A stretch of DNA of 60,188 nucleotides, counting the filler, from Hausera hauseri (taxonomy: Eukaryota): NCBI GenBank assembly GCA_046269625.1. It is 11 parts of 11 records of this genome, joined end to end, with 100 filler letters (N's around TTAATTAATTAA, not from the genome) between each part and the next. Parts side by side here need not be neighbours in the genome. Positions count along the whole stretch, not along the records: positions 18,675 to 26,359 come from JBJURY010908865.1; positions 26,460 to 31,488 come from JBJURY010311721.1; positions 31,589 to 36,223 come from JBJURY010494797.1; 8 more parts are not named here. One strand, written 5' to 3'. Below are positions 21,711 through 32,373 of the stretch, piece by piece. The notes under the pieces were generated by a model that saw only the letters and a list, made by a program, of their open reading frames with translations, did not search any database and had not been told where the DNA came from. How positions within the stretch are numbered: position 1 is the stretch's first letter; every line of letters starts with the position of its first letter. A program made the position numbers and the translations under genes.

Positions 21711-23150
21711 TGTTCGTGTATTCACCGCATCAGACCCAAGCCACAAGCATAGTCAGCAACCTCAAATGAGACAACCAATACCGATCTATAAACTCAACAG
21801 TTATCCGTGCAATAATGTCTTGACACGAACTTTATAGACTGGAGAATGCGGATCTTGTCAATTAATGCAAATTTATTAACAACTATTAAAACTAACAATC
21901 ATGCATTAATGCGAACGGAATATTCAATATTCACACATATACGCTCGGGTACCAGTTTGGAAACATACCCATGAGCTATTAACTACAGATATAATGGCTC
22001 GTACATTAACAAACGTAGACACGGACCTCGGACACACAATGTCGAGATTTCAGACGATCAACAGAGGAAGCAACAGCGGGGCCGACCATAAGGTGCCGCA
22101 ACGTACACTCCATTGCCGCCTCTACGAATACATGTAAACATTCACAATAGACATGAGCCAAGACAACTAAACATAGAACAGCTAAGGTGCGCACTGACTA
22201 GCATTATCTTTACGAGCTCAATGTTCAACACCACAAGGTGGATATATATCCGTTTCCGGATCTCATTAGATACATCTTCCTATTCATCATTCGAACGTGC
22301 ACCATAGTTAATATCCCTAAACAAATACACGCTGAAATTGTACTCACGGCTTATCTGAATTAATACCCAATCCAGCTTCCGTTATTCACAGCGCTGGGTT
22401 CAGATAAAACATTGCTACCAAGTGGCGAAGTGGTTGATGTGCCACCTTGACGAAAGCTTCAATACAAATTCCTTATAAATCCTCAACCTTCTTCTGGTAC
22501 TCATACGAACGAGACACGTACCTTTGTAGAAGACGAAATCTGCTGTATTTTCTGTTGCAGACTTATACGTTGGTGGTTCTCCACAACCACGTCGTCACAA
22601 ACACTGGAATATCTTCGTAGACGATATCAAAGCTGTAGCTGAATCCAGCTGTGCGTGGGTTCAAAGCACATGAGCTCCAAGTTGGGCTCATCAAGGAAAA
22701 CTTTCCCTATACCAATACAGAACACTCCTCTCCCTCTCTGGAGTTCAGACGAAGAATGCGTTCATACAAGGCTGAAACTGGCCTTCTCCAATAGAGCAAT
22801 CTGCTCTGACAACAATGGTGTCCTCTCTCCACGAGGTTCTGACAAAAATGCGCTCATACAAGGCTGAAACTGGCCTTCTCCAATAGAGCAATCTGCTCTG
22901 ACAACAATAGTGTCCTCTCTCCACGAGGTTCTGACAAAAATGCGCTGCCGTTGCCGCGTTACAATTAGTTTTGTTACTTTCCGTTGTTAACCATGACGTT
23001 ATTTCACGTGCGGTTACGACTACACAAGTCGTTAGGTTGATTTATGTACCTTTTGTCTGCTGCTCTTCTTCGAGGCTATTTGTCGCCTTTTTTAGTGACG
23101 TCATTCTTCTTATTTATCTTCTGGCGTCTGGCGTATCGTACTCTACGACA
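21711..23150 (-). repeat. Putative LTR (~1,440 bp), TGTCGT...ACGAACA
   Basis: Preceded by PPT AAGAGAGGGGCGTG (23151-23164); TG...CA ends with an imperfect inverted repeat; AATAAA at 21872-21877; followed by C-TGGGGGG. The 3' boundary could instead extend to ~21570. Confidence 0.65.
22762..22945. repeat. 92-bp tandem duplication in the U3-equivalent part of the LTR
   Basis: 22762-22853 and 22854-22945 differ by one mismatch. Confidence 0.9.
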
Positions 23151-23396
23151 CACGCCCCTCTCTTAAATGAAAGATGTTTTTTCTACTCCTGTAGACAAAA
23201 CTTCTTTCTATACGTTCCAGTTCATCTGTGTTCTCGTTTGAATGTTCATTGTGTGGGCTTCACTCTCCATACTCCGCCCCTCCCTTAATGAAAAATTATT
23301 TTTCATTTCCGTTCCATATTGTTACAGGTCTATAATCTGTTCGGTTACTCGTGGAAATGGAAAATCTTTTCCTTTCCGTGTTGAATTCTTGACTTT

Positions 23397-25472
23397 CTAA
23401 ACCTTCTGTATGGTGAGACTCGGGTAAATAGTTCCGATGTCCCTATATTCGACTCTCGTCGCCTTGCTGAGATTGTCAGCTTTCTCGATAATTGCTTCAT
23501 TGTTATTGTTATCTCGCTCTTTCTTTGCGTGGTAGCCTATGAAATTTCGTAGTTTTGGCCAACAGTGAAATTTCCGATTCACTCCGAACAGTATGGCTCC
23601 TGCCACTATTATCGCTATAATGATCAAGATACCAGGATCGTTTCGATTGCTTCCCACTTCTAAGTCTTGGATGGTCTGGAACTGGTTTAGTTCATGGAGC
23701 ATTTCGTGGAAATCGATCTTCTCTATGTCTTTCAGATGTGTGGGGAGTTTAACAAATTTTAACTTCACGCTGTTTTTGACTTTGTCATCTGCTAGTCCTT
23801 GCCATTGTTGTAATTGCAGACCTGTTGTTTGTGCCTTGAATGTAATGAGATCGACTTGTGACTTGAAATTCTGCGTTTCTGTAATAATCATTTCTCTGGT
23901 GTATAATGAGCATGTACTTGGTAAGCGAAGTATCTCAAGATTCTTTGTAAATTGAATTTCTTCTGTATGTGTTTGTCCTCCGTTTTCGCATATGTGTCTG
24001 GCTTTCGTTGGTGTGTTGGACAGGAGTGCCCATGTTTCGGTTCCCAGTTTGATCGCTTGTGGTGTTCTTGGTCTTCGAACTAGTTCTGATCTGCATACTT
24101 TGCTTGTTATTGCTGTGTTCCCTTCGTATAAATTGAGAAGACAGGACTCTGAATCTTTAGTTGTGTACATTGGTTCTTCAATATTACAATATTCTGTGGT
24201 GGTTTCTCTGCAACTTTGTAATTTGTCTGCTTGTAGTACTGTGTACAAAGTTTCGGCTTTATTGATCAATAGCGTTTTGCCTTCGGGAATGTATCTAAGA
24301 TAATAGTTGTTCAGCCAATCAGGTTGTTTGGTGTTTGTGTTAGCCTGCGTCATCCCGATGCTTGTAACGTCATATAGCTCGTATTTGTCATTGATGTTAA
24401 CCAACAGCATGTCGAGTGTGATAACCATTTGTCCTCGATGTATGTATGTTGCCGTTTCTATTTGATTATAATATTCACTGAGGTGTCTTTCAAGATCTAT
24501 TGGCATGTTCAGTGTACGTGGAATATTTTGTTGTATATCTCGTAATATCTGTTGTAATTCGCCTGGTTTGACTGTGTTGATATTGAGTCTTCGTAACGGA
24601 ATAAGGCTTACTATGAACTCGAGTCTGCGCGTAATACTTTCTGCTCGTCGTACTAACTCTTTACATCTTTCTTCAATAGACATTATCATGCCAAGCGTGT
24701 TCAGTTGTGTTTGTAAATCGTGTGTTATGTTTTCTATATTTTCTTCCATGTCTTGCATCCCTGTCTCGATGCGGCTTAAATGACCTGCATATTCATTTAT
24801 CTTTTTCCTGTTCTCGCCGATTTCTTTGTTGGAAATGTTTATTGCTGAGATACTATGTTGCAGTGCGTGTTTCATGATCTCTATATTTCCATTTACCACA
24901 TGTATGCTCTGCTTGATGCTCTGCAGATCGGACTCTTCAGCAGTACCGACTAATGTGTCTAGTAATTCTCCCACAAACGGAAGTATTGCTCTTTTTCTTC
25001 TCCCTTTCGTCAACCAGTTCAATCGTGTTTTCATATCTTGAACTTCTTCTTGCCATATTCCAATTTCTCGTTCAGATTCCAGGATAATCGTTTGGAAATG
25101 AGTTGCTGGCGTAGGTTTCTGAATTCTTTCTTTGCGATACACCGATTTGTGAAGCAATAATCTGGCATTCTTCAGCTGGGTCTCAATGTCTGTTAACTGT
25201 ACTTTAAAAGTCACTAGTGATTGTATTATTACTAATCTCCATCGAGCTTGTACCATATGTACATCCTTAACTTTCAAAAATATTGTGCCTTGCGACTGAA
25301 ACAAGTCCTGCTTGGTGTGTGTCATTCTGATCAGAACCGAGCATGTAAACACTGTTATCCACTGATACCAGCGCATTGTTCTGTGGACAAACATGGTATG
25401 TACTGCTATTATGCTAACTTTAGCATATTTTGTAAAAATAGTTTCATAATGTTTTCTTTTTCTGTTTCCCAT
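23397..25472 (-). CDS. env: Class I fusion envelope glycoprotein, baculovirus-F / errantivirus Env-like (691 aa)
   Basis: Signal-like MRWYQWITVFTCSVLI; furin site GRRKR followed by fusion peptide AILPFVGELLDTLVGTAEESD; heptad repeat; Cys-rich region; TM GILIIIAIIVAGAILFGV; tail ending IYPSL. Confidence 0.9.
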   Translation of the reverse strand: MGNRKRKHYETIFTKYAKVSIIAVHTMFVHRTMRWYQWITVFTCSVLIRMTHTKQDLFQSQGTIFLKVKDVHMVQARWRLVIIQSLVTFKVQLTDIETQLKNARLLLHKSVYRKERIQKPTPATHFQTIILESEREIGIWQEEVQDMKTRLNWLTKGRRKRAILPFVGELLDTLVGTAEESDLQSIKQSIHVVNGNIEIMKHALQHSISAINISNKEIGENRKKINEYAGHLSRIETGMQDMEENIENITHDLQTQLNTLGMIMSIEERCKELVRRAESITRRLEFIVSLIPLRRLNINTVKPGELQQILRDIQQNIPRTLNMPIDLERHLSEYYNQIETATYIHRGQMVITLDMLLVNINDKYELYDVTSIGMTQANTNTKQPDWLNNYYLRYIPEGKTLLINKAETLYTVLQADKLQSCRETTTEYCNIEEPMYTTKDSESCLLNLYEGNTAITSKVCRSELVRRPRTPQAIKLGTETWALLSNTPTKARHICENGGQTHTEEIQFTKNLEILRLPSTCSLYTREMIITETQNFKSQVDLITFKAQTTGLQLQQWQGLADDKVKNSVKLKFVKLPTHLKDIEKIDFHEMLHELNQFQTIQDLEVGSNRNDPGILIIIAIIVAGAILFGVNRKFHCWPKLRNFIGYHAKKERDNNNNEAIIEKADNLSKATRVEYRDIGTIYPSLTIQKV

Positions 25473-26359
25473 TGGTTTCCCACAAATACCACATTTTGCT
25501 GAGCTGAGCCTGGAAGTTGTGTTTCTTTGTCGATTTCATGCGTTAGCGTGTTGTCTCTACAACCACTCTGCTTCTCCTGTATCTGTCTTACGCTCGACTG
25601 ATTCACTTGGGCGGTCGGCTCTTTTCTCGTGATTACCTCAGTGATTTGTTTTCTCAACTTTGTAATCGTCGCTGTTTTCTCCGCACTGGCTTCTTCCAGC
25701 TTTGTAGTTTGATGTTCCATTTCTCGAAGCATGGTTTCCGTTTCATGAACCCTGTGTTGTAATTCTTTGGTTCTGTTCTCGGCTTCTCTTCTCGCTTCTA
25801 TAAGCTTGTCAAGACTTTCTCGTATACTCTTCATTTCCTCATCTTTGTGCCGCGCTATTTCTTGTATTTCTGCAATCTTGGTTTCTACTTGGCGTCTGGC
25901 TATTTCTTGTTGCTTTCTAATTTCTTGAATCGGTGTTACAGTATTTCGATTGTTTTTCATGACCGCACTAATGGGAATTCTTGACCGTTTTCGCCCATTA
26001 TCGTCAGTTCTGTGAACATATGTTCTGCGTATAGCTTCTTGGCGAGTGACTTTATTTCTTGGGGCATCTTCCGTGGAGGTGTCTGCATCTCTGGTTCTCT
26101 TTGTATGTCGTACAATGCGTTCCATTTCCGACGTCGTGGTATCGGAAGTGTCTTCACTGACTGTGTTGGCAGAGTCTCCTGTGCTACTATCTTGTGGTGG
26201 TGCTATCTGCGTTACATCCTTATCTTCGTTAGCTTCTTGTGATTGTCTAATTTCTCTGTCACGTAGCCTACGTTTTCTTTCTAACAATGGTAGATCGCTG
26301 TCCTCGGACGAAGTAGGTAACAAATTTCTGTTTCTTTTCAGTTGTCGGGCTCTCGCTTC
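25409..26359 (-). CDS. ORF2, 3' part: coiled-coil protein (~375 aa when joined), paralogous to the middle of ORF1
   Basis: Open frame continuous across the junction; DTSTEDAPRNKVTRQ...SRIPI aligns with ORF1 DTSSEEEPRLKMIRQ...SRIPI. Confidence 0.8.
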   Translation of the reverse strand, partial: EARARQLKRNRNLLPTSSEDSDLPLLERKRRLRDREIRQSQEANEDKDVTQIAPPQDSSTGDSANTVSEDTSDTTTSEMERIVRHTKRTRDADTSTEDAPRNKVTRQEAIRRTYVHRTDDNGRKRSRIPISAVMKNNRNTVTPIQEIRKQQEIARRQVETKIAEIQEIARHKDEEMKSIRESLDKLIEARREAENRTKELQHRVHETETMLREMEHQTTKLEEASAEKTATITKLRKQITEVITRKEPTAQVNQSSVRQIQEKQSGCRDNTLTHEIDKETQLPGSAQQNVVFVGNQWETEKENIMKLFLQNMLKLA

Positions 26360-26459
26360 NNNNNNNNNNNNNNNNNNNNNNNNNNNNNNNNNNNNNNNNN
26401 NNNTTAATTAATTAANNNNNNNNNNNNNNNNNNNNNNNNNNNNNNNNNNNNNNNNNNNN

Positions 26460-29400
26460 CTTCGTTGCTTCTTTCGTTCGTTCGTTCGTTCTTTCATCCC
26501 TTCATTCGTTCATTCCTTCGTTTGTACCTTCGTTCGATCGTTCCTTCGTTCTTTCGTTCGTTCGTTCTATCGGTCGTTCTTTTGTTCGTTCCTTCGTTCG
26601 TTCGTTCGGTCCTTCTTTCCTTCGTTTGTTCCTTTGTTTGTTCGTCCGTCCGTTCGTTTGTTCATTCGTTCGTTCTATAGTTCCTTCGCTCGTTCTTTCG
26701 TTCGTTCGTTCGTTAGTTCGTTCGTTCGTTCTCTCGTTCGTTGGTTCCTTTGTTCGTTCGTTCGTTCTCTCGTTCGTCCGTTTTTTCATTCTTTCGTTCG
26801 TTCGTTCTTACGTTCGTTCGTTTGTTCTCTCGTTCGTTCGTTCCTTTTTTCGTTCTTTCCTTCGTTCGTTCGTTCGTTCGTTCGTTCTTTCGTTGCTTCT
26901 TTCGTTCGTTCTTTCGTTGCTTCTTTCGTTCGTTCGTTTGTTCGTTCGTTCGTTCATTCGTATGTCCGTTCTTTTGTTCTTTCGTTTGATTATTTGTTCG
27001 TTCAATCGATCTTTGTTCGTTTGTTCGTTCGCCCGTGCTTTCGTTCGTTCGGTCGTCCCTTCGTACGTTCATTCCTTCGTTTATGTGTTCGTTCGTTCTT
27101 TCGTTCGTNNNNNNNNNNNNNNNNNNNNNNNNNNNNNNNNNNNNNNNNNNNNNNNNNNNNNNNNNNNNNNNNNNNNNNNNNNNNNNNNNNNNNNNNNNNN
27201 NNNNNNNNNNNNNNNNNNNNNNNNNNNNNNNNNNNNNNNNNNNNNNNNNNNNNNNNNNNNNNNNNNNNNCGTTCGTTCGTTTGTTCATATGTCCGTTCTT
27301 TCGTTCTTTAGTTTGATTGTCCGCTCGTTCAATCGATCGTTGTTCGTTCGTTCGTTCGCCCGTGCGTTCGTTCGTTCATTCCTTTGTTCGTTTGTTCATT
27401 CCTTCTTTCTTTCGTTCATTCGTTGCTTCTTTCGTTCGTTCGATCGTTCATTGGTTCGTTCGTTCGTTCCTATGTTCGTTCGTTCTTTCGTTCGTGCGTT
27501 CGTTCGTTCGTTCGTTCGTTCGTTCGTTCTTTGCTTCTTTCCAGCTTTGGTTCGTTCGTTCGTTCGTTCGTTCTTTCGCTCGTTCGTTCGTTCGTTTGTG
27601 CATCCCTTCTTTCGTTCATTCCTTCGTTCATTTCTTTGTTCGTTCCTTCGTTCGTTCTTTCTTTCGTTCGTTCTTTCGTTCGTTCTTTCTTTTGTTCGCT
27701 CGTTCTTTCGTTTGTTCGTTTGTTCGTTCGTCCCTTCGTTCGTTCATTCCTTCGTTCGTTCCTTCGTTCGTTCCTCCCTTCGTTCTTTCTTTTGTTCGTT
27801 TTTTCTTTCTTTCGTTTGTTCGTTCGTTGATTCTTTCCTTCGCTCTTTCGTTGCTTCTTTCGTTCGTTCTTTCGTTCATTCATCTCTTCGTTCGTTCATT
27901 TTTTCCTTTTTACGTTCGTTCGATCGTTCGTTCGTTCGATAGTTCTTTCGTTCTTTTCTTCTTCGTTCCTTCGCTCTTACCTTCGTTCTTTTGTTCGTTC
28001 TTCCGTTCGTTCGTTTGATCGTTCGTTCGTTCGTTCTTTCATACTTTCGTTGGTTCATTTCTTCATTTTTACGTTCGTTCGATCGATCGTTCGTTCGTTC
28101 CTTTGTTGGTTCGTTCTTTCGTTCGTTCGTTCTTTCGTTCGTTCGTTCTTTCGTGCGTTCTTTCGTTCTTTCGTTCGTTCGTTCGTTCGTTCATTTGTTC
28201 GTTCGTTCCTTCGTTCGTTTTTCTTTCCTTCCTTCGTTCTTTGCTTCTGTCGTTCGTTCGTTCGTTCGTTCGTCCCTTCCTTCGCTCATTCCTTTGTTCG
28301 TTCCTTCGTTCGATCCTTCGTTCGTTCCTTCTTTGGTTCGTTCTTTCTTTCGTTCTTTCTTTTGTTCGCTCGTTCTTTAGTTTGCTCGTTCGTTCGTTCG
28401 TCCCTTCGTTTGTTCATTCCTTCGTTCGTTCCTTCGTTCGTTCCTCCGTTCGTTCTTTCTTTCGTTCGTTCTTTCTTTTGTTTGTTTGTTCGTTCGTTGA
28501 TTCTTTCCTTTGTTTGTTCGTTGCTTCTTTCGTTCGTTCGTTCGTTCTTTCATCCATTCGTTCGTTCATTCCTTCCTTTTTACGTTCGTTCGTTCGTTCG
28601 TTCGTTCGTTCCCTCGATAGTTCGTTTGTTCTTTCGTTCGTTCGTTGCTTCTTTCGTTCGTTCATTTGTTCGTTCGTTCTTTCAATCGTTTGTTTTGTCG
28701 TTTGATTCTTCGTTCGTTCGCTCGTTCGTTCGTTCGTTCCTTCGTTGCTTCTTTCCATTGTTTGTTCGTTGCATATTTCGTTCGTTCGTTCGTTCTTTCG
28801 TTCGTTCTTTCTTTTGTTCGCTCGTTCTTTCGTTTGTTTGTTCGTTCGTTGGTTCGTTCGTTCGTTCATCCCTTCTTTCGTTCATTCGTTCGTTCGTTCC
28901 TTTGTTCGTTCTTTCGGTCATTCGTTCGTTCGTTCGTTTATTCGTTCGTTCTTTCGTTCCTTCGTTTGTTTCTCTTTCGTTCGTTCGTTCATTGCTTCTT
29001 TCGTTCGTTCGTTCTTTCGGTCGTCCCTTCGTTCGCCCATTCCTTCGTTCGTTCCTTCGTTCGTTCTTTCTTTCGTTCGTTCTTTCTTTCGTTCGTTCGT
29101 TCGTTCGTTGCTTCTTTCCTTCGTTCCTTCGTTGCTTCTTTCGTTCGTTCGTTCGTTCTTTCATCCCTTCATTCGTTCATTCCTTCGTTTGTACCTTCGT
29201 TCGTTCGTTCGGTCCTTCTTTCGTTCGTTCGTTCCTTTGTTTTTTCGTCCGTCCGTTCGTTCGTTCATTCGTTCTTTCTATCGTTCCTTCATTCGTTCTT
29301 TCGTTCGTTCGTTCGTTAGTTCGTTCGTTCGTTCTCTCGTTCTTTCGTTCCTTCGTTCGTTCGTTCGTTCTCTCGTTCGTTCGTTCCTTCATTCTTTCGT

Positions 29401-31488
29401 TCGTTCGTTCTTTCGTTCGTTCGTTCGTTCTCTCCTTTGTTCGTTCCTTTGTTCGTTCTGTCCTTCGTTCGTTTTTTCGTTCGTTCGTTCGTTCGTTCGT
29501 TCTTTCTCTCGTTTGTTCGTTCCTGCGTTCGTCCGTTCGTTCGTTCGTCCGTCTGAACCTTCGTTCCTTCATTCCTTTCTTCGTTCGTTTGTCCTTTCGT
29601 TGCTTCTTTCGTTCGTTCCTTTGTTTGTTTTTTCTTTCGTTCGTTCTTTCGTTCGTTCGTTCGGTCGTTCGTTCATTCTTTCCTTCGTTCGTTCGTTGCA
29701 TCTTTCGTTTGTTCTTTCGTTCGTTCTTTCGTTCGTTCTTTCTTTTGTTCGCTCGGTCTTTCCTATTATCGTTCGTTCGTTCGTCCCTTCGTTCCGTCAT
29801 TCCTTCGTTCGTTCCTCCGTTCGTTCTTTCTTTCGTTCGTTCTTTCGTTCGTTCGTTCGTTTGTTCGTTGCTTCTTTCCTTCGTTTGTTCGTTGCTTCTT
29901 TCGTTCGTTCGTTCCTTCGTTCATACCTTCGTTCGTTCATTCCTTCGTTCGTTCTTTTGTTCGTTCTTTCGTTTGTTCGTTCATTCGTTCGTTCGTTCTT
30001 TCGTTGCTTTTTTCCTTCGTTCGCTCTTGCTTGCGTTCGTTCTTTCGTTCGTTCCTTGCTTCTTTCGTTTCTTCTTTCGTTGCTTCTTTCCTTCGTTCGT
30101 TCGTTTGTTCCTTCTTTCTTTTGTTCGTTCTTTCTTTCTTTCGTTCGTTCTTTCATTTTTTCGTTCATTCTTTGTTTCCTTCATTTTTTCCTTTGTTCTT
30201 TCTTTCGTTCTTTCGTTCTTTTGTTCTTTCGTTCATTCATTTGTTCGTTCGTTCGTTGTTTCGTTCATTACTTCGTTCCTCGTTTTTTCGTTTATTCCTT
30301 TGTTCGCTCGTTCATTCTTTCATTCGTTCTTTCTTTCTTTCATTCTTTCGTTCGTTCCTTCGTTTCTTCATTCGTTCGTTCTTTCGTTCGTTCATTCGTT
30401 AGTTTTTTCGTTCCTTTGTTTGATCTTTCGTTTATTTGTTCCTTCCTTCGTTCGTTCCTTCTTTCTTTCTTTCGTTCCTTCGTTCATTCCTTCGTTCTTT
30501 CGTTCGTTCTTTTGTTCGTTTGTTCGTTCTTTCTTTCCTATGTTGCTTTTATCGTTTATTCCTTCTTTTGTTCGTTCGGTCCTTCGTTCTTTCATTGGTT
30601 CCTTCATTGGTTCGTTCGTTCTTTCTTTCCTTCTTTCGTTCGCTCGTTCTTTCTTTTGTTCGATCGTTCCTTCCTTCCTTTGTTCGTTCGTTCTTTCGTT
30701 TTTTCGTTGCTTTTTTCCTTCGTTCGTTCGCTGCTTCTTTCTTTCGTTCATTCGTTCGTTGTTTCCTTCGTTCGCTCATACTTTCGTTCTTTCATTCCTT
30801 CGTTTGTTCGTTCGTTCTTTCGTTCGTTTGTTCGTTTCTTCGTTCTTTCGTTCGTTCATTTTTTCGTTCGATCGTTCGCTCGTTTGTCCCATAGATCGTT
30901 AGTTCCTTCCCTTTTTCCTTCTTTCCTTAGTTCGTTCGCACTTTCGTTCGTTCCTTCAATCGTTCGTTTGTTCGTTCCTTCATTCATTCGTTCTTTTTTT
31001 CGCTCGTTTTTTCGTTTGTTTGTTCGTTCGTTCGTTCTTTCATCCCTTCGTTCTTTTATTCCATCGTTAGTTTGCTCAGTCGTTCTTTCCTACGTTTGTT
31101 CGTTCATTCCTTCATTCGTTCGTTCGTTTGTTCGTTCATTCGTTCGTTTTTTCGTTCGATCGTTCGCTCGTTTGTCCCATAGATTGTTAGTTCCTTCCCT
31201 TTTTCCTTCTTTCCTTAGTTCGTTCGCACTTTCTTTCGTTCCTTCATTCGTTCGTTAGGTCATTCGTTCGTTCTTTTGTTCGCTCGTTCTTTCGTTTGTT
31301 CGTTTGTTTGTTCGTTCTTTCATTTCTTCGTTCTTTCATTCCATCGTTCTTTTGTTCATTCGTTCTTTCGTTCGTTCATTCGTTCGTTCGTTCGTTCGTT
31401 CCTTCGTTGCTGCTTTCCTTCGTTTGTTCGTTGCTTCTTTCGTTCGTTTGTTCGTTTATCCCATCCTTCGTTCACTCCTTCGTCCGTT
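26460..31488. repeat. Degenerate (TTCG)n / (CGAA)n satellite
   Basis: The whole contig is TTCG-derived with TTCT/TTCC/TTTG/TTCA variants; the + strand is strongly A-depleted. Confidence 0.97.
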
Positions 31489-32373
31489 NNNNNNNNNNNN
31501 NNNNNNNNNNNNNNNNNNNNNNNNNNNNNNNNTTAATTAATTAANNNNNNNNNNNNNNNNNNNNNNNNNNNNNNNNNNNNNNNNNNNNTTTATTACCAAA
31601 TTGCAACGGCTAGTCAAGGAGATGTCAACAAGAACGCTAGAATTAATCGCATCAGCCTCGATTATATTTCGGGTTTTAGGAAATTGGCACTAGTCGATAG
31701 AAAGTTGTAAAGAAAGCTAAGATGCGTTGATAACGGAGAACGTTTGTTAACGATTATATTTCCTATTCCTGAACAATGCTGGATTATGGCAACGTGTCTC
31801 CAGGAACCTCTGCTCTTGTTCCGTTCGCCAACAGTATATATCTGCAGTACAGCAATGACGAAATCACCCAATCAATTTGTCAACTGTATCGCCAGCAATC
31901 CAACATAAATAGGGTGATTATAGCAGATGACACATCGCAAGTCCTGTATCCTGATGTATCTGATTGTACCGAAACAATAAACATTCCAATTCTTTATCTC
32001 ATAAACAATGGTATTTGTAATGTCCGGTTTAAAAGTATTTAAAAAAATCAAACTGGAGAATCAACGCTGTTCTCATTTTACATGCATACAGGCTAGAAAA
32101 TGTTCTCAGACAGGCTGTTGAATGAGATTTAATGTTTCCAGATATTCAATAGACGACAATGAATAAGTGCTCAGAAACACTGAAGGTAAATCACAGCAGT
32201 CGAGTGCGTGCAGCATGCGCTCTATTCATTTGTAAACTTTTTTGGGTCGATATGATGATATAAACATTCCCCGATCAAATTTATTTGAAATATTTCAAGC
32301 TGATGTTTTACGAGACATTCGACGAGATGTAAAGGAAGCCTTGAACACTGAAACCGATGACATTGTTCTAGAT

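Larger units (their letters stand above)
18675..26359 (-). mobile_element. 7,608-bp self-closing, single-LTR, pol-less enveloped retroelement (circle or tandem unit)
   Basis: 18675-18751 is identical to 26283-26359 (77 nt). Order on the minus strand around the circle: LTR, PBS, ORF1, ORF2, env, PPT. Confidence 0.8.

Noticed and set aside
18784-26411. Many + strand ORFs within the circular element
   Set aside because: Antisense shadows of the three long minus-strand genes, with no recognisable motifs.
26465-31544. Long ORFs (up to 950 aa) of FVRS / ERTN repeats
   Set aside because: Translation artefacts of a stop-free TTCG satellite, open in several frames on both strands.
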